DNA from: Escherichia phage S143_2
Sequence record: MZ189261.1
Length of the DNA: 64,000 nt
Direction: 5' to 3' (one strand)
A program made the translations under genes and the position numbers. Shown piece after piece: positions 1-9,952 of the stretch (its first letter is position 1; the number at the start of each line of letters is the position of its first letter). Under the pieces are notes generated by a model, which ran no database searches, was not told where the DNA came from, and worked only from the letters and a program-made list of their open reading frames with translations.

Positions 1-950
<950 letters not shown>

Positions 951-951
<1 letters not shown>

Positions 952-1187
952 TGGACGATTTAATTCAAGCTATTAAATCAAACGACCTCGTTGCTACTCG
1001 AAAGTTTTTTGAAAGTGCAATGGCAGAAAAAACGGTTCGTTTGATTGAAGCACGCAAAGCAGAAATCGCGTCTCAATTTTTGATTGAAGGCGAAGAACCT
1101 GAAGAAGAAAAGAAAGCTAAAGCTTCGGAAGACGACGCTGATGAAGGCGATGACGACGAAGACGAAGATGATGAGGACGATGAATAA
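951..1187 (+). CDS. 67: Prohead core protein gp67
   Basis: 78 aa with poly-acidic C-terminus ([12 protein letters not shown]); start overlaps gene 20 stop; T4 synteny. Confidence 0.85.
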
Positions 1188-1612
1188 TGTATCTTATCCC
1201 TGAATCTTATGAATTGGTACTCGAAAATGTCGAAGCACTTATTCCTGAAGCACAGGGCCGAATCGATGCATTGTCTTCTGCTCTCGATATTGACGATATA
1301 AATACTATTATCGAGAACATGCTTGAAACTGAAACGGATTTAGCTGTTGCAATGGCTTCCATTATTAATGAAGAACAGTTAAATGAGTTTATTGTTAAAC
1401 ATGTTTCTTCTCGTGGTGAAGTCACCCGCACTAAAGACCGTAAAACTCGTGAACGTAACGCGTTCCAAACAACCGGTCTTTCTAAAGCAAAACGTAGACA
1501 AATCGCTCGTAAGGTCGTTAAAGCTAAAAAAGCTAACCCTTCAGGCCAAGTTAAAGGCTTGCGTAAGCGTAAAAAAGCTCTTAAACGTCGTAAAGCATTA
1601 GGATTAAGCTAA
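1187..1612 (+). CDS. 68: Prohead core protein gp68
   Basis: 141 aa, basic K/R-rich C-terminus, ATGA-type overlap with flanking genes; T4 synteny and size. Confidence 0.8.
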   Translation: MYLIPESYELVLENVEALIPEAQGRIDALSSALDIDDINTIIENMLETETDLAVAMASIINEEQLNEFIVKHVSSRGEVTRTKDRKTRERNAFQTTGLSKAKRRQIARKVVKAKKANPSGQVKGLRKRKKALKRRKALGLS

Positions 1613-2259
1613 TGAATAAACCCGAGTTACTTATTGAAACTTGGGGTCAACCCGGTGAGATTATTGATGGCGTTCCAATGTTGGAATCTCATGATGGAAA
1701 AGATTCTGGCTTAAAACCAGGGCTTTATATAGAAGGTATTTTTCTTCAGGCAGAGGTTGTTAACCGAAATAAACGTTTATATCCTAAACGCGTTTTGGAA
1801 AAAGCAGTAAGTGACTATATTAAAGAACAAGTCGCAACCAAACAAGCCCTTGGAGAATTAAACCATCCACCTCGTGCAAATGTTGACCCCATGCAAGCCG
1901 CTATCATTATTGAAGATATGTGGTGGAAAGGAAACGATGTATATGGACGTGCTAGAATTATTGAAGGCGACCATGGTCCCGGCGATAAATTAGCTGCTAA
2001 TATACGAGCTGGTTGGATTCCAGGTGTTTCCTCTCGTGGTCTTGGTTCTTTAACCGACACCAATAAAGGGTACCGTATCGTGAACGAAGGATTTAAATTA
2101 ACCGTCGGCGTAGATGCCGTATGGGGACCTTCCGCTCCAGATGCTTGGGTTACTCCTAAACAAATATCAGAATCAGAATCAGAAAATTCGGTGGAAACCG
2201 CCAAAAACAGTGCTGATGAAGCATTTAAAGCTCTCGCAGAGAGTTTAAAAGCATTATAA
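1612..2259 (+). CDS. 21: Prohead core scaffold protein and protease gp21
   Basis: 215 aa; position and size match T4 gp21 (212 aa). Confidence 0.9.
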   Translation: MNKPELLIETWGQPGEIIDGVPMLESHDGKDSGLKPGLYIEGIFLQAEVVNRNKRLYPKRVLEKAVSDYIKEQVATKQALGELNHPPRANVDPMQAAIIIEDMWWKGNDVYGRARIIEGDHGPGDKLAANIRAGWIPGVSSRGLGSLTDTNKGYRIVNEGFKLTVGVDAVWGPSAPDAWVTPKQISESESENSVETAKNSADEAFKALAESLKAL

Positions 2260-2262
2260 ATA
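2255..2262 (+). promoter_or_regulatory. Late promoter TATAAATA (gene 22)
   Basis: Exact T4 late consensus about 30 nt upstream of gene 22 ATG. Confidence 0.55.
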
Positions 2263-2292
2263 ATAATGTAATCTAAACCACAGGACACTAAA

Positions 2293-3105
2293 ATGATCAA
2301 AGAACAACTTTTGAAAGAAGCTCAGAACATCGAGACTTCAGTTGCTCTTAATAGTGTTTTCGAATCAGTAGAACTGTCTCCGGACGTTAAAGCTAATTTC
2401 AGCACTGTATTCGAAGCCACCGTTAAGCAGGAAGCAGTCAAACTGGCTGAATCTCATATCAAAGCCATCGCCGAAAAGGCCGAAGAAGAAGTTGAAAAGG
2501 CTAAAGAAGATGCTGAAGAGAAAGCTGATAAAAAATTGGCTGAACAAGCTTCTAAATTCCTAGACCATCTTGCAAAAGAATGGCTCGCAGAAAACCAAAT
2601 CGCAGTTGATAAAGGCATTAAAGCTGATTTGTTCGAATCCATGCTTGGTGGTCTGAAAGAACTGTTTGTTGAACATAACGTTGTTGTTCCAGAAGAATCT
2701 GTAGATGTTGTAGCAGAAATGGAAGAAGAGCTGGCCGAACATAAAGAAGAAACCGCTCGTTTGTTCGAAGAAGTTACCAAACGTGATGCATATATCAATT
2801 ACGTTCAGCGTGAAACCGCTATTAATGAAAGCGTAAAAGACCTGACTGAATCTCAGAAAGAAAAAGTTATTGGCCTGGTTGAAGGTATGGATTATTCTGA
2901 CGCATTTGGTACTAAGTTAACTGCTATTGTAGAAATGGTTAAAGGTTCTACTAAAGAAGAAGCCGCTATCACCGAAAGTATAAATACAGTTGACAATGAC
3001 GCTGCCGGTCTTAATTTTGTTGCCGAAGCAGTTGACACTACCACAACTCAGGTAGAACAGAATTCTAATGTAAGTTTATATGCGAAAGTCGCATCTCGTT
3101 TCTAA
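2293..3105 (+). CDS. 22: Prohead core scaffold protein gp22
   Basis: 270 aa, highly charged E/K-rich helical protein; preceded by TATAAATA late promoter; T4 synteny. Confidence 0.9.
   Translation: MIKEQLLKEAQNIETSVALNSVFESVELSPDVKANFSTVFEATVKQEAVKLAESHIKAIAEKAEEEVEKAKEDAEEKADKKLAEQASKFLDHLAKEWLAENQIAVDKGIKADLFESMLGGLKELFVEHNVVVPEESVDVVAEMEEELAEHKEETARLFEEVTKRDAYINYVQRETAINESVKDLTESQKEKVIGLVEGMDYSDAFGTKLTAIVEMVKGSTKEEAAITESINTVDNDAAGLNFVAEAVDTTTTQVEQNSNVSLYAKVASRF
2979..2986 (+). promoter_or_regulatory. Late promoter TATAAATA inside 3' end of gene 22 (gene 23)
   Basis: Exact motif about 135 nt upstream of gene 23 ATG, as for T4 P23. Confidence 0.5.
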
Positions 3106-3122
3106 TTTAAAGGTTAACACAA

Positions 3123-4691
3123 ATGACTACTATCAAAACTAAAGCTCAGCTCGTAGACAAATGGAAAGAACTGCTGGAAGGCGAAGGCCTGCCGGAAATC
3201 GCTAATAGCAAGCAGGCTATTATCGCTAAAATCTTCGAAAACCAGGAAAAAGATTTCGAAGTATCCCCTGAATATAAAGACGAGAAAATCGCTCAGGCAT
3301 TTGGTTCTTTCTTGACCGAAGCTGAAATTGGTGGTGACCACGGTTATAATGCTCAGAACATCGCAGCAGGTCAAACCTCTGGTGCAGTAACCCAGATTGG
3401 GCCAGCAGTTATGGGTATGGTTCGTCGTGCTATTCCTAATCTGATCGCTTTTGATATTTGTGGTGTTCAGCCTATGAACAGCCCGACCGGTCAGGTATTT
3501 GCTCTCCGTGCAGTATATGGTAAAGACCCTATCGCTGCTGGCGCTAAAGAAGCTTTCCATCCGATGTATGCCCCGGACGCGATGTTCTCTGGTCAGGGTG
3601 CTGCTAAGAAATTCCCAGCTCTGGCTGCTGGCACACAAACCACAGCAGGTGATATCTATACTCACTTCTTCCAGGACACTGGTACTGTGTATTTGCAGGC
3701 TTCTGTTCAAGTAACAATTGATGCTGGCGCTACCGATGCAACTAAATTAGATGCTGAAATTAAGAAACAAATGGAAGCCGGTGCACTGGTAGAAATCGCT
3801 GAAGGTATGGCCACTTCTATCGCTGAACTTCAGGAAGGCTTCAATGGTTCTACCGACAACCCGTGGAACGAAATGGGCTTCCGTATCGACAAACAAGTTA
3901 TTGAAGCTAAATCTCGTCAGCTGAAAGCAGCTTACTCCATCGAATTGGCACAAGACCTCCGTGCAGTACACGGTATGGATGCTGATGCTGAACTGAGTGG
4001 TATTCTTGCTACTGAAATTATGCTGGAAATCAACCGTGAAGTTGTTGACTGGATTAACTACTCCGCTCAGGTTGGTAAATCTGGTATGACTAATATCGTT
4101 GGTTCTAAAGCTGGTGTATTTGACTTCCAGGACCCGATTGATATCCGTGGTGCTCGTTGGGCCGGTGAAAGCTTTAAAGCTCTGTTGTTCCAGATTGATA
4201 AAGAAGCAGTTGAAATTGCTCGTCAAACCGGTCGTGGTGAAGGTAACTTCATTATCGCTTCCCGTAACGTAGTTAACGTACTGGCTTCAGTTGATACTGG
4301 TATTTCTTATGCTGCACAGGGTCTGGCTTCTGGTTTTAATACCGACACTACTAAGTCTGTATTTGCCGGTGTACTTGGTGGTAAATACCGCGTATACATC
4401 GACCAGTATGCTAAACAGGATTACTTCACCGTTGGTTACAAAGGCGCTAACGAAATGGATGCAGGTATTTACTATGCTCCTTACGTTGCACTTACCCCAC
4501 TGCGTGGTTCCGATCCTAAGAACTTCCAGCCGGTAATGGGCTTTAAAACTCGTTACGGTATCGGTGTTAACCCGTTTGCTGAAAGTTCCCTGCAGGCTCC
4601 AGGTGCTCGCATCCAGTCCGGTATGCCGTCTATCCTGAACAGCCTTGGTAAGAACGCTTACTTTAGACGCGTCTACGTTAAAGGAATTTAA
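3123..4691 (+). CDS. 23: Major capsid protein gp23
   Basis: 522 aa (T4 gp23 521 aa); highly biased codon usage typical of a very highly expressed gene; followed by CUUCGG hairpin terminator. Confidence 0.95.
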   Translation: MTTIKTKAQLVDKWKELLEGEGLPEIANSKQAIIAKIFENQEKDFEVSPEYKDEKIAQAFGSFLTEAEIGGDHGYNAQNIAAGQTSGAVTQIGPAVMGMVRRAIPNLIAFDICGVQPMNSPTGQVFALRAVYGKDPIAAGAKEAFHPMYAPDAMFSGQGAAKKFPALAAGTQTTAGDIYTHFFQDTGTVYLQASVQVTIDAGATDATKLDAEIKKQMEAGALVEIAEGMATSIAELQEGFNGSTDNPWNEMGFRIDKQVIEAKSRQLKAAYSIELAQDLRAVHGMDADAELSGILATEIMLEINREVVDWINYSAQVGKSGMTNIVGSKAGVFDFQDPIDIRGARWAGESFKALLFQIDKEAVEIARQTGRGEGNFIIASRNVVNVLASVDTGISYAAQGLASGFNTDTTKSVFAGVLGGKYRVYIDQYAKQDYFTVGYKGANEMDAGIYYAPYVALTPLRGSDPKNFQPVMGFKTRYGIGVNPFAESSLQAPGARIQSGMPSILNSLGKNAYFRRVYVKGI

Positions 4692-4718
4692 TGCTTTAAC
4701 GTTAAAATACATAACCTT

Positions 4719-4748
4719 ATGGGAGACTTCGGTCTCCCATTTTTGGTT
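4719..4748 (+). terminator. Rho-independent terminator after gene 23 (GGGAGAC-UUCG-GUCUCCC + U tract)
   Basis: Perfect 7-bp GC-rich stem with UUCG tetraloop followed by TTTTGGTTTT. Confidence 0.7.
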
Positions 4749-5018
4749 TTATTTCTGTGCAATTTCGATGTAAGTTTTCAAAATATTTTGCCAATTAGGC
4801 ATACCTTCTTGGACATATGCCGGAGAACCGTCTTTGTTTTTGAATGATGCAAGTTTATCAGTGGCCCAATAACCTTTAGCTCGAGCTTCAGAATCAACTT
4901 TCATCCATACTTTGTTGAAGGCGTTACCATTAACTTTTGCACCATATTTTTCTACCAACTTAACTGCTTCAGCTTCTAGAACTTTTAAAGTATCTCGTAA
5001 GAAACGTGCTTTAGTCAT
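4749..5018 (-). CDS. Hypothetical protein, 89 aa (antisense to flanking late genes)
   Basis: ORF with strong RBS (AGAGGAG 8 nt upstream) and its own early-type promoter; occupies the 23/24 intergenic slot where T4 carries segD. Confidence 0.55.
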   Translation of the reverse strand: MTKARFLRDTLKVLEAEAVKLVEKYGAKVNGNAFNKVWMKVDSEARAKGYWATDKLASFKNKDGSPAYVQEGMPNWQNILKTYIEIAQK

Positions 5019-5048
5019 TTTGTTTACTCCTCTGTAGTTGATAAGTTT

Positions 5049-5078
5049 ATAGTATCACATACCAAATACGTTGTAAAC
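5049..5078 (-). promoter_or_regulatory. Early sigma70-type promoter (-35 GTTTAC, 18-nt spacer, -10 TACTAT)
   Basis: T4 early-promoter pattern on - strand upstream of ORF 4749..5018. Confidence 0.5.
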
Positions 5079-5084
5079 AATCTT

Positions 5085-5092
5085 TATAAATA
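5085..5092 (+). promoter_or_regulatory. Late promoter TATAAATA (gene 24)
   Basis: Exact motif 28 nt upstream of gene 24 ATG. Confidence 0.55.
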
Positions 5093-5119
5093 ATCTATAT
5101 CACATAAGGAAAAAATGCA

Positions 5120-6403
5120 ATGAGTAAAATCCAAAAATTATTGCGTGAATCTACAACGTCTACTAGCAACTCAATTGGTCGCCCAAATCTCGTTGCTTTG
5201 ACTCGCGCTACGACTAAATTAATATATTCTGACATTGTAGCAACACAAAGAACTAATCAACCTGTTGCTGCTTTTTATGGTATCAAATATCTTAACCCAG
5301 ATAACGAATTCACATTTAAAACTGGTGCTACTTATGCTGGCGAAGTTGGATATGTAGACCGAGAAAAAATTACTGAGCTCACAGAAGAATCAAAAGTCAC
5401 ACTAAATAAAGGCGATTTTTTCAAATATAATAATATCGTCTATAAAGTGTTAGAAGATACACCATTTGCAGATATTCAAGAAAGTGATCTAGAATTAGCT
5501 CTTCAGATTGCAGTCGTTCATTTAAAGGTACGGTTATTTTCAGATGCAGCGGTAACAAGCAAATTTGAAAGTTCTGGTAGCGAAATTTCTGATGCAAGAT
5601 TCCAGATTAATAAATGGCAAACTTCGGTCAAATCTCGTAAACTTAAAACAGGTCTCACGGTTGAATTAGCGCAAGATTTGGAAGCGAATGGATTTGATGC
5701 CCCTAACTTCTTAGAAGATTTGCTTGCTACTGAAATGGCTGATGAAATTAATAAAGATATTCTTCAGTCTTTAATTACTGTATCGAAACGCTATAAAGTT
5801 ACTGGAATTACTGACACCGGATTTATTGACTTGAGCTATGCGTCCGCTCCAGAAGCAGGTCGTTCGTTATATCGAATGGTGTGTGAAATGGTATCACACA
5901 TTCAAAAAGAGACAACTTATACTGCAACGTTTTGTGTAGCCTCAGCTCGTGCAGCTGCTATTCTTGCTGCTTCCGGTTGGTTAAAACATAAGCCAGAAGA
6001 TGACAAGTATCTTTCACAAAATGCTTATGGATTCTTGGCAAATGGATTACCTCTTTACTGCGATACCAACAGTCCGTTAGATTATGTTATTGTGGGTGTT
6101 GTAGAAAATATCGGCGAAAAAGAAATTGTAGGGTCCATCTTTTATGCTCCATACACTGAAGGAGTAGATTTAGATGACCCGGAACATGTCGGTGCATTTA
6201 AAGTTGTAGTTGATCCAGAAAGCTTGCAACCGTCTATCGGATTATTGGTTAGATACGCTTTATCAGCAAATCCTTACACAGTAGCAAAAGATGAAAAAGA
6301 AGCGAGAATAATTGATGGCGGGGACATGGATAAAATGGCAGGACGTTCAGACTTGTCTGTTTTACTCGGTGTTAAATTGCCTAAAATCATCGTTGATGAA
6401 TAA
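5120..6403 (+). CDS. 24: Head vertex protein gp24
   Basis: 427 aa (T4 gp24 427 aa); TATAAATA 28 nt upstream; gp23-paralog position. Confidence 0.9.
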   Translation: MSKIQKLLRESTTSTSNSIGRPNLVALTRATTKLIYSDIVATQRTNQPVAAFYGIKYLNPDNEFTFKTGATYAGEVGYVDREKITELTEESKVTLNKGDFFKYNNIVYKVLEDTPFADIQESDLELALQIAVVHLKVRLFSDAAVTSKFESSGSEISDARFQINKWQTSVKSRKLKTGLTVELAQDLEANGFDAPNFLEDLLATEMADEINKDILQSLITVSKRYKVTGITDTGFIDLSYASAPEAGRSLYRMVCEMVSHIQKETTYTATFCVASARAAAILAASGWLKHKPEDDKYLSQNAYGFLANGLPLYCDTNSPLDYVIVGVVENIGEKEIVGSIFYAPYTEGVDLDDPEHVGAFKVVVDPESLQPSIGLLVRYALSANPYTVAKDEKEARIIDGGDMDKMAGRSDLSVLLGVKLPKIIVDE

Positions 6404-6431
6404 AAAAAAAGGGACCTTACGGTCCCTTTTT
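6402..6431. terminator. Bidirectional terminator between gene 24 (+) and rnlB (-)
   Basis: A9-GGGACC-TTAC-GGTCCC-T5: hairpin flanked by A run and T run. Confidence 0.65.
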
Positions 6432-6433
6432 CG

Positions 6434-7432
6434 TTATGATACTAATTCAATCCATGCAGGACGCAGAACATCTTGCACCATTCGGACTAATTCTTTCTTA
6501 ACAAGATTCGGATTATCAGATGATGTTAATACAATACCTTCACGAGAAGTTTCTTCCAGAATATCTTGAACAGTCAATCCCATCACTTTGCCAAAATCTT
6601 TTGGCGTTACAGTCCCAATCTTAGAAATAACATTATTAACACGATTTAATGTAACATAACAAGCTAGAACACCAAGCAAGTTTTTGTCAATTTCGGTTAA
6701 TGGAACCTGAGTTTTAATAGGCTTATCAGACTTTTTCTTTTCACTGAATTTAGAGTTCTTGCACTTAATAGCTACACGAGTACCGTTTGGCAGCCATTTA
6801 GGGAAACAAGGCTTCAGAACATAACCTTCTGCTGTATTATTGCCAATAACATTAGCATCAAATACACAATTATTTGCTTCTACAAGGTCTTCTGACGCAG
6901 TAGCATTATAAGCGGCTAAGACTGAATCAAGGTCGTTTGGAATCATGATAAGAGCATCAAATGTTCCACGACCAAGCATTGGTGCCATTTTAAAACCGAA
7001 TTCATTACAGAAATCTTGCATTTCGTAATCGGTCAAATACGTATTATCACCACTTTCTGTATTGATAATGATATCGAACACATAAAAATCTTTTTCACCG
7101 TAGTCAACACCTTTCTGGATTCCACCACCAGCGAATTCACCGAATACTTGATATGATACGGCTCGAGCTTCGTGCATTAATTCCTGAACGGCTTTAATAG
7201 CCTTATCATACTTCTTGAGTACGATTTCATAGCCGTAAAAATCTTCTGCTGGAAGAATAGGGCCTGTGCGCTTGGCGCATGTGACGTTGTCACGTTCAAT
7301 TATTAACGAGAAGTTGGTCCCGTGGATTTTCTCACGTGCTACCCAAACACCAGTAGTCAAACCATTAGTGTAGAGTTTTTCAATAAACTTAGAGTTGTAG
7401 TGGTTTTCAAGACTGCTGTATTTCTTAAACAT
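6434..7432 (-). CDS. rnlB: RNA ligase 2 (Rnl2)
   Basis: 332 aa; N-terminus [19 protein letters not shown] matches T4 Rnl2 as remembered; nucleotidyltransferase motif I KIHGTN. Confidence 0.9.
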   Translation of the reverse strand: MFKKYSSLENHYNSKFIEKLYTNGLTTGVWVAREKIHGTNFSLIIERDNVTCAKRTGPILPAEDFYGYEIVLKKYDKAIKAVQELMHEARAVSYQVFGEFAGGGIQKGVDYGEKDFYVFDIIINTESGDNTYLTDYEMQDFCNEFGFKMAPMLGRGTFDALIMIPNDLDSVLAAYNATASEDLVEANNCVFDANVIGNNTAEGYVLKPCFPKWLPNGTRVAIKCKNSKFSEKKKSDKPIKTQVPLTEIDKNLLGVLACYVTLNRVNNVISKIGTVTPKDFGKVMGLTVQDILEETSREGIVLTSSDNPNLVKKELVRMVQDVLRPAWIELVS

Positions 7433-7551
7433 AAATCACCATTATAAATAATAATATCAAAATAATTAGCAGAGACTCTATCTCCGACCCGATGTTTAAT
7501 TTGAATGGATAGAACCTAGATTCATTATACCATCAAAAAATGTAAAGCATA

Positions 7552-7803
7552 CTAGAACTTGATTTCTATCCAGTGCCCATCACGTTGGTCGTGATTAATT
7601 TTGTACTGAAAGCCGTTATCACGGAACCACTGGCCGATTTGCTCGGTGATAGTTAAATCATTCTTTGACGGATAGTATGTAAATTGTGTCTGGCCTTTGT
7701 CAGCGGCTTTCTCTGCCATCACAGAGAAGTTAGTAATAAAATCTTTCAACAAATTGGCTTTAGTGGCCAGGGCCCTTTCTCTTAATTCCTGTGCAAAACT
7801 CAT
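7552..7803 (-). CDS. Hypothetical protein, 83 aa
   Basis: ORF in the rnlB-hoc interval where T4 has small ORFs 24.2/24.3. Confidence 0.5.
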   Translation of the reverse strand: MSFAQELRERALATKANLLKDFITNFSVMAEKAADKGQTQFTYYPSKNDLTITEQIGQWFRDNGFQYKINHDQRDGHWIEIKF

Positions 7804-8000
7804 TTCTTCACCTTTCTGTTAATCAAACGTTTACGGTATACAACTTTTTCTTTTGCTTTAAACTTTGACCGAGCTGTCTCGGCTTTAGTCCATAGTAATC
7901 CAACTTCTTTAGGTTGTAAACCGATTTTTTGAGCAATTTCTACGAATGAAAATCCCGCCTCATGTAATGTATAAACTTCAACTTCAGCTCTCATAATCAA
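7800..8000 (-). CDS. Hypothetical protein, 66 aa, possible helix-turn-helix
   Basis: ORF overlapping downstream gene by 4 nt; segment GFSFVEIAQKIGLQPKEV resembles an HTH; basic C-terminus. Confidence 0.5.
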   Translation of the reverse strand: MIMRAEVEVYTLHEAGFSFVEIAQKIGLQPKEVGLLWTKAETARSKFKAKEKVVYRKRLINRKVKK

Positions 8001-8060
8001 TCCCGTATTATTTGGTTTGTGCCATTATACATCAATCTCAAGATGTGTTTTGTATGCTTT

Positions 8061-8087
8061 AAAAACGAAGAAAGGGGCCGAAGCCCC
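8061..8087 (-). terminator. Terminator after hoc
   Basis: GGGGC-UUCG-GCCCC hairpin on - strand RNA followed by U-rich tract. Confidence 0.6.
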
Positions 8088-8093
8088 TTACGA

Positions 8094-9224
8094 TTATGGA
8101 TATGTATAGATGATACCAGTTTCTAAAGCAGTTTTATGGATGATGTATCCATTACGTGATTCTTGAACATCAACTTCTGGATAATCTTGTATCATCTTCT
8201 GAAGGGTGTAACGATGCAGGTAATATTTACTATCTGGGTCGTCAGTTTTCCAATCTTTACCTTCTTCAGTCATTTTTTGGATTTCATCCATAACCCACCA
8301 ACCACACCAGATATAAGCTGAAGTACGATGTGGAAGAGGATGAACATAAGGTAGTTCACCTTCTGGTTCTGGAGCAACTTTATCAGTTACCTGAACTTGA
8401 CCTTCTGCTGTAATAGTTTTGCTATCGTAATCAGTTGCAGTAATAGTTGCAGTAACTTCAATAGTTTGACTTCCAATAGATGATGTATCAACGGTGTATA
8501 CGTTAGTTGACCCTTCCACAGGAGAAGAATCTTTCTTCCATGAATATTCGATTTGCGCTTCTTCAGGAGCATCGGTTACATTAGCAGTAAATGTAGCCGA
8601 AGCATCTTGATGAACGTTAATAGAAGGAGGAGTCAATGTAACCTGTGGATTCATTGTCTTCTTATTAACCGTTAATGATACTTCATTCGAAGTAACTTCC
8701 TTTGCATCATAATCTGTTGCGGTTACTTGGGCTACACATTTAATTCTTTTTACACCACTTGTAGTTGGAGTATAGCTAAATGTAGAGTTAGTTTCTCCAC
8801 CAATTTGAGAATCATCAACATACCATTGATACGTAGCAGATGCGCCTGATGGCTGTGAAGCTAAGGCGGCAGTAAATTGAACTGGGGTTCCAATTACTCC
8901 AGCTGAAGGACTATTAGGAGTTACTGCCAATGTAGTTGACTGAGTTTTATTTTTAACCGTGATAGTCGTAGTAATTTCTGCTGTTTCAGCGTCAGTATCA
9001 GGAATAGTATTTGTTGCAACAACTTTAATTGTTTTTGTTCCAGCAGGTCCTTTTAACACATAATCAAAAGTTTCTGCCGATCCTACTTGAGGAGCATCGT
9101 CTACACTCCATGCATAGGTAATAGTTCCACCTCCAGTTTCACCACTGGGAGTAGCAGTAAACTGCTGAGTCTGATCTATAACTCCAGTAGGTGTTTTAGG
9201 AGTTATATCAACTGTAAAAGCCAT
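8094..9224 (-). CDS. hoc: Highly immunogenic outer capsid protein Hoc (Ig-like domains)
   Basis: 376 aa, same length as T4 Hoc and matching it closely as remembered; T/S-rich Ig-like repeats plus conserved C-terminal capsid-binding region. Confidence 0.9.
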   Translation of the reverse strand: MAFTVDITPKTPTGVIDQTQQFTATPSGETGGGTITYAWSVDDAPQVGSAETFDYVLKGPAGTKTIKVVATNTIPDTDAETAEITTTITVKNKTQSTTLAVTPNSPSAGVIGTPVQFTAALASQPSGASATYQWYVDDSQIGGETNSTFSYTPTTSGVKRIKCVAQVTATDYDAKEVTSNEVSLTVNKKTMNPQVTLTPPSINVHQDASATFTANVTDAPEEAQIEYSWKKDSSPVEGSTNVYTVDTSSIGSQTIEVTATITATDYDSKTITAEGQVQVTDKVAPEPEGELPYVHPLPHRTSAYIWCGWWVMDEIQKMTEEGKDWKTDDPDSKYYLHRYTLQKMIQDYPEVDVQESRNGYIIHKTALETGIIYTYP

Positions 9225-9233
9225 AAGTTATCC

Positions 9234-9902
9234 TTATTTTAATGTTACGAAAGAAGAATTACGAGATTCACGAATTAGAACTGATCCATCGCGATTAATA
9301 TAATAAATTAAGCTAAATAATGTTTGGTGAGCAGAAGCATGCACAAAACTAGTTGGGCGAGATTTCCAATCAGGCGTTTCGGCTATCCATTGATAAATCC
9401 ACCAAGGAACAGTAACATATCCTGGGCTTTTGCCTAATTTAATGAGTGTAGGACTAAAATTTTCAGGCAGAACAAATGTTACTTCTTTATTTACCTCTGC
9501 CTCAGGCTCTTTTTCAGATTCAACAACCTGAGTAATTGCTTCTTCGAATTTATCATGGTCGAATTCTTTTTCTTGTTCGACAACTTCTAATACTTCAACT
9601 TGTTCTGTTGGAGAATCAAACAACAGAATAGCTTCTTCTTTAACTTCTTCGTTGGTGAAATTAACACCGTCCACATCATCTGCGGCAGTAATTAAATCGG
9701 TGATAGATAATCCATCAGTTTCAGGTAATGGTTCATCAGCCAGTGCGTTAAGAGCTTCTTCGATATCAATAACAATATTATCAAATGATTTTGTTTTCTT
9801 AACACTAATGCCAAATTGTTCCGCATATTCAAACAGTTTAGCTTTAGCTTCCTTTTTATCAGAAAGAGCACGTAACTCTTCAATATAGTCTTTATCGATC
9901 AT
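9234..9902 (-). CDS. inh: Inhibitor of prohead protease Inh
   Basis: 222 aa acidic protein immediately upstream of hoc on same strand; T4 synteny. Confidence 0.7.
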   Translation of the reverse strand: MIDKDYIEELRALSDKKEAKAKLFEYAEQFGISVKKTKSFDNIVIDIEEALNALADEPLPETDGLSITDLITAADDVDGVNFTNEEVKEEAILLFDSPTEQVEVLEVVEQEKEFDHDKFEEAITQVVESEKEPEAEVNKEVTFVLPENFSPTLIKLGKSPGYVTVPWWIYQWIAETPDWKSRPTSFVHASAHQTLFSLIYYINRDGSVLIRESRNSSFVTLK

Positions 9903-9915
9903 GATATTTCCTCAT

Positions 9916-9923
9916 TATAAATA
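9916..9923 (+). promoter_or_regulatory. Late promoter TATAAATA (uvsW)
   Basis: Exact motif 30 nt upstream of uvsW ATG. Confidence 0.55.
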
Positions 9924-9952
9924 TAACTATATTTATTACATGGTAATTTGAC

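Noticed and set aside
7443-7450. TATAAATA motif on the + strand between rnlB and the 83-aa ORF
   Set aside because: It would drive transcription antisense to - strand genes with no + strand ORF downstream; probably a chance occurrence in AT-rich intergenic DNA
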